Assembly (NCBI GenBank): GCA_023231475.1
Contig: JALJEE010000713.1
Coordinates: 1-64,000, forward strand
From: Seison nebaliae
Lineage: Eukaryota
DNA length: 64,000 bases
Direction of reading: 5' to 3'
Shown in pieces: positions 38,433 to 50,700 of this stretch. Made by a program: the position numbers and the translations under genes. Under the pieces are notes generated by a model. That model was not told the DNA's origin and did not search any database. It worked only from the letters and a program-made list of their open reading frames with translations. The first letter of the stretch is position 1. Each line of letters opens with the position of its first letter.

Positions 38433-40202
38433 TCAAATATAATAAGTATATCGTATACCTTGTAGACGTTGTACTGATGGAATAGGAGAATGTCGAACCT
38501 TAATTTGGCTTAACAACCGTCGGATTAATAATTGTCGATCTGATTCACTAAATGACTGACTGTCATCGAATTGATATTCTACATTATATCTCTTCTTCAA
38601 TTTATCACATTCTTCTTCAAGCAAAAAACTTTTATTAGATTCCCAATCGATATCATTAAGTGATTCATTCTTCTGCCGCAACAATTCATTAAGGAATGCT
38701 CCATCTAAATTCATTGATCCGCAACAACTTATATTCTTTATGTGTCTGCCTTCCCTAGCTAACAATTCTACGCCTACATTAGTAATTTTAGGACAGTAAT
38801 CGAAATAAATTGTTTGTAAGAAATATATTCCGGATGCGATATATCGTAATCCTTCATCTGTTATGTTCGTTCCTGAGATGTCTATGAGGTCGAATAGAAC
38901 GATAGAAGATCGATAATGTGAATGAGAATAGAAGAAGGGAATTATAGGATAGAAGGGAATAAATAGTTGAAAAAGGAAACTTAATAATTTTAATGGATGT
39001 AGTTTATAAACGAACAAGTTATCACGTTTTCTCAGTCGACATGATTCACTCTCGTTCAATTGTCGATCTGAATGAAAATATTCGAGTGTAAATTTTTGTT
39101 CTGTTAGTGCACCCAACCAAAAAACCAGATAATAGACAAAGCGATCAGTTAATTTGTAGCAAAATGCGACAGATAATTCTTCTAGGAACCTTAGACGACC
39201 AACTACTAATTGCATGGTATCATCATCAACAGCATTGTAACATGCAGTCAAATCGACAGACGTAAGAAAACGACAATATTCGCTGATCCACAATATATGT
39301 TTATGATGAAGGACATCATTTGTTACGAGAGGTGTTGTTGCTGTTGTTGTTGCCGTTCTTTGTGCTTTTGCTTTTGTTCGTCTGTTAATGTTCCTATTGG
39401 GATGTAGTCGTCGTCGATTTATCCATTCTTTCGGCAATGAGATGTGTTCTCTTAAAACATTTATTTCGGGCAATGATGGAAAGTAATTCTCGAAACGATT
39501 GAAGTACAATCGAGTTATATTCTGCCCTCGTAAGCACAACAATTTCATTAATTGATCATTAAGTAATGGGGAGAAGTGATTGACATCGAACTCCTTAGGA
39601 AAATAATATTTCCCATTAAACAAATAAAGAAGTAATGGCGTAAATTGTAAGTCACGTCGTAATAATTTACATCCAATTGACGATTTCAATTCATCACTCA
39701 TTCGATTCAAATTTAATTGGAGAGTATTAAAGTTGGTTGGTGAAGAGAATTCTTCAATATTTTTCTTTCGTTCCTTCAATTCCCTCTGAATATTCAACTG
39801 TTTCTTGCAATTCCGCCGTTGTTCTTCCTTCGAAATTTTAGAAGGTGAAATTCTTCGTTCTCTCCGTAAAGTTTCTTGATTAACTAATTGCTCATTCGGT
39901 TCGTCGGAAATATTCATGGAATCCAAACGATTATTTATATTGTATCGATTTTGCGAATATAAAATTCCTATGAATCTCTCCTTCAGATGTTGGTGCCAAT
40001 TCGGAAGATTTGCATTCTGATCTGAAAATTCTTCATTCAGTTTCGCTTCACAAATTTGACAGGCGACTCTGATCTTTTTCTCTATTTCCTCGTTCAATAA
40101 CTTCTTTGAACTGTCCTGTGGAATTCCATTATTTTCTTTTCTATTACAATAATGTTGCACTGCGTCAACGATGAAACTTCGACAATCGTTTTCGATGCTC
40201 AT
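38433..40202 (-). CDS. F-box/LRR-like (cysteine-containing LRR) protein with a hidden 99-nt in-frame intron
   Basis: LTSVDLTAC..VDD, LEELSVAFCYKLTD, NISGTNITDEGL and CPKITNVGV are LRR_CC repeats. GT..AG intron at 38882-38980. No clear F-box was seen. Confidence 0.7.
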   Translation of the reverse strand: MSIENDCRSFIVDAVQHYCNRKENNGIPQDSSKKLLNEEIEKKIRVACQICEAKLNEEFSDQNANLPNWHQHLKERFIGILYSQNRYNINNRLDSMNISDEPNEQLVNQETLRRERRISPSKISKEEQRRNCKKQLNIQRELKERKKNIEEFSSPTNFNTLQLNLNRMSDELKSSIGCKLLRRDLQFTPLLLYLFNGKYYFPKEFDVNHFSPLLNDQLMKLLCLRGQNITRLYFNRFENYFPSLPEINVLREHISLPKEWINRRRLHPNRNINRRTKAKAQRTATTTATTPLVTNDVLHHKHILWISEYCRFLTSVDLTACYNAVDDDTMQLVVGRLRFLEELSVAFCYKLTDRFVYYLVFWLGALTEQKFTLEYFHSDRQLNESESCRLRKRDNLFVYKLHPLKLLSFLFQLFIPFYPIIPFFYSHSHYRSSIVLFDLIDISGTNITDEGLRYIASGIYFLQTIYFDYCPKITNVGVELLAREGRHIKNISCCGSMNLDGAFLNELLRQKNESLNDIDWESNKSFLLEEECDKLKKRYNVEYQFDDSQSFSESDRQLLIRRLLSQIKVRHSPIPSVQRLQGIRYTYYI

Positions 40203-43200
40203 GTTCAGTGAAAGGAATGAACAAATGATATGATTTACAATGAACAAACACAAAATTGGAAAAGTGATTTGTGAAAATGAAAAGGACAAATTCTACATTT
40301 TCAACCACTCATTCCGATTTTATATAGAAATTTGTTGAACACGAAAATTTCATTTCCTCAAAAAATTAATTATAATTAAGTTTATGATATTAATAAATTA
40401 TTATTTAATATATTTTCATAAAAAATAGTCTATAATTATTACAATACTCTTATCAAGAAAACATAATTCCCATCGACGTTATGTTCCAATTCTTTTTATC
40501 TTATGAGTTCATAAGAATTCTCCTCTAGCTACTTCTTGCTAATTCCAACATTCGATATGGAATACTTAATATTATTTATGATGTAATCATAAAATCATAT
40601 AATGAAATAAGCATGTCACATAATTTTCTCCATCAATGCTTCCTTCTCGTACCATTCGAATGGACAAATTGTGTTATCGAATTGTTCCTTATTTCTCCTC
40701 GTCATTCTAATCCGGAAATTGGGTTGTTATTCAAATAAAAAATGTCAATTCATCTGATTCTCCACGGAATTGACTGATATCGGTTGTCTATTGTCAGGAG
40801 AATGAATTGAAGCCACAAGTGCCTTAATTGAGCATAGTAAATAACTGGACGGATGGAACTTTCTGATTGAATTCGAATAACAATTGACATGCAAATGGGA
40901 AAAAACTGTTTTGTTGACGACGAAACTTCTTCTATGGAATCACAATGCCACAAAATAATTATCTCTTCTTTTCGCAATTTAATTATAAGTTTTTTGTTTA
41001 ATTTACTTAGGTATCGTTGAACGGGAGTAGCTATCAGTATCATCTTGAAGTAGAAGAAAAAGTAGAACTCACGGAATAAGAAGGAAAGGAAGATAGAGAA
41101 AATTTCAATTAGATTTGAAGTACTCAAACTATAGTCATTTCTTCTATTCGTTATGTCGAGAATTGGATTGAATCGATTGAATCGATATTTATCGTAAGTA
41201 AATCGATCATCGTTCATACTAAAGAAGATAAAGAAATAAATTCCATTTCTTCTTTATCGTACTTGACCTAACTGTGGTAGATATCATGGATATGCATCGG
41301 TTAAATAATGAATACCTTCATTATCATGAATCAAACAAGAATAGTTTCGTCAATTTTCAATTTATTTTTTATATTTCAACACCGCTTCATTTCATTGTGA
41401 AAATTCTCCTTTCTTTATAAATTAATCAAGTCCTATTCACATCGGATTCTTCTTTCACATCTTCATCATGTTAATCATGGCGATTTCTATGTATTTGATT
41501 CTTTCATTTAGTTTCTAATCAATATCTAAATAATTTATCAATATGAATGTCCGAAATAATTAGAAAGTTGAATGAAATGGAGTTGAACAACCGAAGAATA
41601 TTGACAGAGAATCTTCCATGGAAAAATCGAAAGAGATCAATTTGGAATAAGAGAAAAACTTCTGTTAGATTTAACATGATAGTACAGTCGAATAAGTTTA
41701 TCCCGATGAATAGTTTCATCAAAATAATCGAAAACGGTAGAGAATGTTTAGAACATATCTATTGTAAATTGACGACTGAACGATTGTTGAAGATCAAAAT
41801 TGATCCTTTATGAAGGCTCCACCTCTCATCTCCACCTAATCCAAGATTTCGGTAATTATTAAATAAATTTCCATCTACTGAGAAAAGATGGAATAAGCAA
41901 ACATAACTAATCGGTATAGTGATATAGATAATAATGGCGATGTCTCAGAACATTGATACAATGTAGTATAATCTCGATTTCTATTATTTCTTGTTAATTT
42001 ACATAGACTCTCAAACAATTGGTCAAGTCTGTTAGAATTTCACTAAATGTTCCAGTTAATTCCATTTTTTATGACAAATTTCCATGTCTTCTCCCCCTCG
42101 GTCTTTGTATATGAGCCCACTGTCAAATCTAATATCATTAGTAATTGGATAATGATTCATGAAAATTCATCAAATTATCTCCAAGTCCTAATTCATTTCA
42201 AGGAAGATATTTATGTCGAAATTGTATAAATCTTATTCTAAGCAATTTATCAGAAAAAGAACTGGAAGAACATCTTCTCTTATTATATATTAGATCGATC
42301 TCTCACTAACATTGTCGATTTTGTAATAATTTCTACAGCTTTCACCTTCGAACAGATAATATAGTCAGGAAAGAATAAGTAATAAGCGAATCTTCCTTTA
42401 TATTGCTGGTTCCTCAAATAAAATTATTCTGTTTCTTCTTCTTTAGGAGTCAAATAGAATTGAAGGATATCGGAACATAGTTCCTTGTCCAAAGAACAGA
42501 ATTGAAGTTAATATTTTATTGATTGTTATATTTAAAGTTCATTCATTTTCGTATGTTCTTCAGATCAATAAGTTTACAAAAATGTTCTCGCTCATTCTCT
42601 GTATTCACTATATTTTTGATGGTCGTTTAACCACTATAAGATCATTTATTTTCTGTTATTTGATGATGAGTTGCTTTCTTCCTCTTACAATCATTCCTTT
42701 TCAATATCAGATATTCTTTCAAAAAAATGCTTATTCATATCACATGACCTTATTCATTGAGATTTATAAGAAATTCTACCAAAACCGAATTCGTCTCTCG
42801 AAAATGCGGTTGGGTTATTCTAATTTTTTTTCAAACACAATTATTGTTGTTTTATGTCAAGACGTAGCAATCTTGTAAAAATTGTGAGGGAAATATATAT
42901 TGTACACATTTGTCTACTTCATTTACTAACTAGTACCGTCATCATCATCATCCTGAATTTTCGTCATCATATTTTCCTTCTCATAATGATGTTTCAGCTG
43001 AATGATGTCTCTAGTAGAATAAATAACCTCGACATCTTTTTCTTCATTTTCATTTCTCTTATTCACTAACTTTACTAACTATTCGTTTGCAGATGAATGC
43101 TTCGTTACAATGAATGAAGAATGAACTGTGATTACTTCAACAGTTTCATAAATTACAAAAAAAAATTTCTTTCCTATAACTGACTCTTCTTCCATGAGTT

Positions 43201-44716
43201 GAAATTGAATTGTGGTATATCGATATTATTATCGATACTATATTATATGGGATTCTTCCAACAGCCATATCTTTTATTCTTCACCGTTTCCATTGATCAG
43301 ACACGAAATGTTACATTAGTTCCATTCTGTTTAATATTCCATATCGATAATTCCCTGTAGAATTATGTCGAGTCCATTCAATTATCTCATCAATAAGACT
43401 CAAATCAATATCATGTAATTAAATTAAAAATTCGAATCATTCTATCTTCTGATTCATGTGGAGAAGAATGTTCCACTTTATCTCTTGTTATATCGATGTC
43501 TCCTCCATCTGTGCAAGTAAATTGTCTTGACGATATGAAAAATTCGTACAAATATTTGAAGATAAATATTTTCTCTTTTTTCCTCTTCGACAATAGAAAG
43601 CCAAATCAATCATCTCAATCTATTGGTGAATATTGATCATTACTTTTTTTTTGAAAATCCGTATGAACAATGAAAGTGAAAACTCAAACAATCTACTTCA
43701 TTCAATTGACATACCAAACTATTCCGCTATTAAAATATTTTATTGAAATATGTTAATAATCTATTCGTACACGAATTCATTAATTAATTTTTGCTTATTC
43801 GATTAAAGCTCAACTGTATTAATTCGGAATTTTCTAGATGAGAAAGGTAAAAGATTTGAAGGTGGAGAACCTTGAAAAGAAATCAGATTCACAATCGTTC
43901 ATTCCGTCAACTGAAGTCGATTAATTAAAAATATCATGTGTTCTTCTTCCCTCTTCCTTTTTCATTCGCAGCATGCACTTCTATCTCTTTCAAAGTTCAT
44001 CCTAAAACTCATCATTAAATATCATTACGTCACATTTTGGTTCTCATCAAAATAATTTCTTTTAAACTTTCCTAAATGCAACACGGAAAATTATGCAGAA
44101 GGAAAAGAAAGAGGAACTGAAAAGGAAGCAGTTCAATTCAAAATTTAGTGAAACTTCTCTCTTATTCCCAAACATCTTTATCGATGAAGAATCAGAATAG
44201 AAAAAGTCTGCTAATGAATAAATTAAGATGTTTAGTCATTTTGAAAGTAGAAAAAAAATGAAGGAGACTGAATTGCTACTTATCAACTTCTCTTTTACGC
44301 CATTTTTTCCTATCAAAACGACAAATAAGGAAGTTTTTCGGATTTCTTCTTCGTGTTATTGTTCTCATTTTCAATTTCTCCATCAACATCTTCTTCGGTA
44401 AGAAACGAAGTTGAGTATTCTTCATTTGAAATTTAACGATCTTTCCAAATATCTTTTTTGTATTATTTCAGAAATGTCATAATTTTCGGCCGAAAATCAT
44501 AATACTCTAAAAAAAATTTACGTTTTTCTCAGAGAGTTGTCTGATATTATATCTAAGTTTGGTAATCCAAAAAAATTTTAACTCTATTATTCTACTACTC
44601 TACCATCATCGCAGAAGAATATTTTCCAACGAAAAAAGTCTAATGATATAATTTAGTGAAATAGGAAAATTAAGAACAACCAAATATAGTTAAAAACTGT
44701 TCAATCTCTGATAAAT

Positions 44717-47700
44717 ATGGATGTTGTTTTGAATACGAATAGCAAAAACTCAAATTTCTTTTACGACTCAGAAATTGCATTATCAAAAGATAACCGGAGG
44801 AAGTGTCATGTCTACAACTTGTTACCTTCAAATAATCGAATTAATAATAATATGATGAGAAGTTCCACTAATAACACGGGTGAACATCATCAGAATTCGA
44901 AACAGAATCATCATCATCAACATCATCCTGACTCATCGTATAAGAAGCAGCAGAGTAATGATAAATATTCAGAGAATCCATATAGCCATCAACAAGGATC
45001 GACTCGTTCACGTTACAAAGCATCATCAAAGCGATATCCGATGAAAGATGATGTAGAGGCAAATGTTAAATTACTTTATTACTCATCAAAAACCATTTCG
45101 CAGAATTGCACAAACAAAAATATCGATCATGAGAAAAAGACACGTGCTGCTACAAAGGGCCATAAGTCAAAAGCAGAACAGTTTCGTAATACATCCATCA
45201 CTCATTTCCCTCCATTATCATCAAAAAATTTATCTGCCAACAAAAATCTCCTAACTTCACTCGATAACACCGATCCAAATAACTCATCAACAACATCTTT
45301 CCAACGAACATTAAACAAACGTCATTATTCTCAGCCGAACCGTCATAAGAGAAATCGTGGAACTCATCGAATTTCACCCGAAGATAAATACGCTCAACTC
45401 CAACGCTTTGGAATGAGAACAACGACGAAAGTCCAGATTCCAACCAATAATTGGAACAGTCACGATGTCATTCAAGTAAACTTGAATGATTCAAGAGATG
45501 ACACCGATCATCAATATGATGATGATACAATCCTCCATTACCGAAAATTGAACGATATAAGTAAGACCAAAACCATCATGACATCATTCTCTTCTATGAA
45601 CATTGATAGAAACGACGAAATTATTGCATATGATTATGAAGATACGACTCCTCCAACTGATCTATCCAATGATTCAATTCGATTAGATTCCAAACAAGAT
45701 TCAATTTCAATTAATAAATCAAAAAAAGAACAGTCGACGAATAAACATTTGAAAGAGAAAGAAATAAAAGAGAAATCAATCGATCTTAATGAAAATAAAA
45801 GGTTTGTTTACTCTTCTCATTTGGCATAATATTCGTGACCGATGGTCACTCCTCTGCAAATTATTTGAATTAGTTTCTTTTTATGTCATCTTATTATTAA
45901 AATTATATGTGTGGAATAAAGGAAAGAAATTCCGATAAAACCGGAAGTACTTCGAGCGAAAAGGTTTCGCATAAGATTTTTTAAGACGAAAATAATTACG
46001 TTTAATGGGAACCATTGTGCAATAAGTATTAATTTAAAGGCAGTGTTTCATATTGCGCCTCTATAAATTTATGTGACTCATAAGTGAGTTGGCTGTGATC
46101 AATAATATTCATCGAAAGTAACTGTAACATTATTAGAGATGGTATTAGAACATGTTATTTGGTGAGGGGAATGGTTGTTTGTGGGTTAGTGGAATAACTT
46201 GCAAACATATAATGATAAATGATTTGCAAGGTTCAATGTCGTCAAAGGGAGAATAATAGAGAACCGAAGAGAGAGCAAGATCAAAACTCAACTAGAAGAA
46301 TCTACTACCACTTCATAATTCTCCGACAATAACATTCATTTTACCTCATTTGTCATTCTGAAGGAGTAGGACGAAAGTCTTTAATATTTATTCAAAAAAA
46401 AATTTATACAATCATCTTCCTCTTCAAATTCATTCACATTTATTCCTTTCATCGAATCAGTTGCACAATTTCTTAAGAAAAGTGTTATAATATTAGAATC
46501 CCATCGGTCTCTCATTCATAACCTTCTAGAATTGAGGAACTAAATAGAAATATGGTTAAGTTGCTTCAGGTGAGTGGTTGATGAAAGTAGCTAGTTGGAA
46601 GAACTAAATATTAGTTGGAAAGAAAACGGAGAAAACTTTCCATAAGATATCCGGTAGAGCATAACAATTAAGTTATGTAAATCGAAGCTGCGTGACAATT
46701 TGAGGGAATTGGTGACCTTATGCTTCTCACTACTCCAGTTACTTAATGGAAATTGATGCACAAACATTGAGAAGATGCAAACGAAAACTCCATCGAACTA
46801 ATATAGAGATTGTAAATAGAGTAACAGCTGTAACTAAGAAATTCTCTTTTCGTATCTCGATACATGTACCATTGAATCTTCATTATCATTTTTTAATGTA
46901 GTAGTGCCGATTTCCATTAGGGCTGCGTTTGATAGAAAGCAAATGCGGAAATCTACAAATTCTCGAGATGAAAATTTTACGATCGTCAACTATTTATTGT
47001 GTAGTTCGAAATTGGATGTCGGACTAGAATTCCGTTAACTAGAAAGTTCGATATGTACATAATATTCTATTTATATTATACTCTTCTCATCACTCCAGTA
47101 ACTCGGAACGATTTTATCTCTTTTCTTGCGATGCCACCAAAATTGTAATACGGAATTCGTTTGCACCATTAGAGAGGTCGACGAGTTGGTCTGCCTCTTG
47201 TGAATGAAATTTAATTTCCTTTCTCCCTCCTATTAATATCGAATGATTATCTACTGATTGCGGATAAGTGAAAGATAGTTTTTCTGGGGGATACGGACAT
47301 GCTTCTCATTCCATTCCCGATGAACACACTTACCCTTATCCAATACATACAAGAAATGGAGGAAAGGACATTGGAAGAAATGGAATCGAATGTACAGAAT
47401 ACCAATCAATATGTCACATCTGTCGTCAATCACGACGTATTCCCCGACAGATTTCTCAAGAAAGTCAACATCGACCATGTTTCTTCCATTAAAACCGGAA
47501 GAACTTTAAATAAGTAGAAGCGAAACTATTCTCTTCTTGATATCATCTCACTTTTTCCTCCTTAAACAACATCTGTTGCTTTGGTAGGATATCGGTAAAA
47601 TATCAGTCTTCTTTTCCACAAAAAAATCATTTTACACTTTATCGAAAATTACCTTGAATTATCGCATGTTCATCATATCGACATCTCGTGTTAAGAAATT

Positions 47701-50700
47701 ACATACCATTCTTCCCCAAAAAACCATTAGAAAATGATATTTTCTGTTCCATATTTTGGATCTGAATCTTTGAACATCTTCATCCACTGTTCAATTATTC
47801 CATTTCAATCAAATTTCTTTTCCGATGTTCAATTAAGGAGATAAACGTTATATAGAACGATGAATTTTCATGAAATGAGATTATCTCAAATACGATTCTT
47901 TTAATCGTGTCAACAACCTTCGATCAATGAAGATTGAAGTGATTATTTCTTTGAAAACTGAATATTTGGAAGTTGTACGTATAAAGGGAATTTAACTAAA
48001 AATAAAAAAAGGATCGAATTAACTAATTCAAATAATTTCAATGTCTAATATTATCGATGATAATTGTAATTAGGCTGTGTTCTTCGATCGTGTGAATAAT
48101 TGGATGGATGAATGAAAATAAAATATGCCGTTAATGAGACAATCATTAGATATAATCCATTCGGCTGATTTGATTAATATTCATACCTTGTAAATATTTA
48201 TTTAATTTCAATCGTTCTACCTGAAATTTGTATATTTGTCATGTAATATTTTTAAAAAAAGTGAAACAAATTGATGTTCCAATGTATCATCGATCGATCA
48301 CCGAATTTGTGACAAAATTCAATCTGAATGAAGGTCGTTCAAAGTTTAACCGAAAGAATAAATGACTCATATGAAAGTAATTGTCTTCTTATTCATTCAA
48401 AACTCGTTTTCTTTATTCCTTCCCATTTATCCTCATAACTTACGCAATTCACCATTATTCTTCAGTTCCGTTCTTCTCCTTTCATCATAATATGACAATT
48501 ATTCATCCTCATTCTTTCTCATCCTCAATTTGGTAAACGGTTAAATTTGAGTGAGAAATCATAAGAATCCCTCATGAATCAATTAAATTGTTTATTCTTC
48601 TTTCTTCAATCACTTGACGCACAAATGAGAAAATTAGTCGATATCTTCTTCTTTTTCCAAATTAATTGAATTTCCCATTTTAATTTACGTAATTTTCGTT
48701 CAAAAGAAAAAAACGAAATTTCCTTAAATTATTTTCGCATGGAAGTTCCTATCTTTTGTTTCAACTAACTTTCTGTTTCTTTTTATATCGTTACCATGAC
48801 AACGATTTCTGACATTTTCTTACTTCATTATTTATCATTGTCTAAAAAGGAAGAATGAGAACGAATAAAATTCTCTTGATCATCCAACAATAGTAATATT
48901 ATTTAGTGAATCGTGAAAGGAAACTCTTTTTATTTTCGTTCCAAAACGTCTGTTCCCGTTATTCCATCAACTGGTTCCCATTAAGAATATTTCTTCTGTA
49001 GAAGTTTTCCGCTTCTTTCCTTTCATTCTGAATATCAGGTCATTCAATTATTCTCCTAACGTATAAATTTCGGATAAGATCAACCAATAGATAGGTTTTC
49101 GGTGAATAGAAATGTCAATTCAAAAAGATTCCTTATCAATAAAAATGATGGACGTATTTCGATTTTTATAGGACCAAATAAGTTTTGGAAGAATCAAATC
49201 GTAATATAGATGGATATTGCTTAACAGTTTCCATTTTCTTATTGTACATATTTCGGTATATTTATTAAATATCTGTGAGATTCGAATTTTTTAATAAATT
49301 GGATTCTGACAGCTAAAAAGAGAAAATAATGGCCAGTTCATGATAGTTCAATTGAGGAGAACATTTCAGATGTACAAGAGAAATATAGTTTTGTTAAAAA
49401 GAGAACAGTTCTCCTATGAAAATCGTATGAATAGAGATAAAATAGATATTTTCTCGATAAGAAATAATTCGTAAATTTTTGACAGTTTAATTTTCTTCAT
49501 CAATACTCCCCATAGATTCTATGGTGTAGTTGAAGAGATTATAATATTTGACTGGATAATGGAGACGATAAAAAAAGATGAAAATTTTTAATTTATTACA
49601 TTGTTGACTATGTTTAATAAAATATTTATTGAGAAAGAGAATTATTTGAGGTTGGGAGTTATTTAGCGAAATGGCATGATTTCCTTATGTAGTACAGAGA
49701 GGATCGACAAGTACATAGCATACTCCTCATGAGAAATAAGAAGACTCAACTATTAATAGTTCGATAAGCAAAAAAAACTAATATGTGGTAAAAGGAGAAA
49801 ATTCTCGTTTATTGTTTGCTTCCTTTCACATTGGGTATATTCTATGTGTATGTGAGAAGAATCTATAAAAATAAACTTTATGTAAAAAACCGATACCAAC
49901 ACCCAAACACACACACGCACACACATGTATACACACACATGCACACCCATAGAGGAGATTTACCTACTACCACTATTATTCAGGGATGGTTTGATTCATA
50001 AAGGGATATCTTGTAGACAATATTTCACTTTTGTCGAACCCTGTTTATTCTTGGACGTATGTTGCCATTTGATGTGCTGGTGAATTATTCTTATATCTCT
50101 CGTAAACAATTAGCCGTTGGTCAGCATTGCATATAATGGAATTTATTGGAATTCCCATAGAAATAATTCCATGAGATTAAATGGATGAGATTCTTTTAAG
50201 TCAAGCTTTATTTATTTTCTTTGAGAGAAATTGATGGAATGATGGCCAGTAAACAGAATTGTTTAGTGAAATAATAGAAGAATTACCGTCAGATTCTTTT
50301 TTCTTTCAATTCAATGTCAATTGAATTGATGATCGTTAATGCAAGTCTGAAAATTCACTTCTATTTCTCTTCTTTAATTGAACACGTTCATCGTCTACTT
50401 CTTCCTCTGATGTTTGTTTGATGAAGCGATTAGAGGAATGTGTATGGTTCCTCCCAAATGAACGACTTCAACTAGGTATATATGTTGAAAGAGGTAGAAA
50501 GATGTCTCTATGTTCTGTAAATGAATGATATGTAAATTCATTTTTGTCGAAAAAGAAATGAAAGACGAAAACTTTCTCTCTCGTCTTCCGAAATTGAATT
50601 TGGTCGAATTTATTTCCATTTAATATATTTTCTTTCCTCAATTCATTTTAATCGTTTTCTAAGACTTCCGCATTAAGTGTGGATAACAATCATCTTCCTT

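Noticed and set aside
47251..47517. Short overlapping ORFs within the Ena first intron
   Set aside because: No motif or splice support; compatible with chance.
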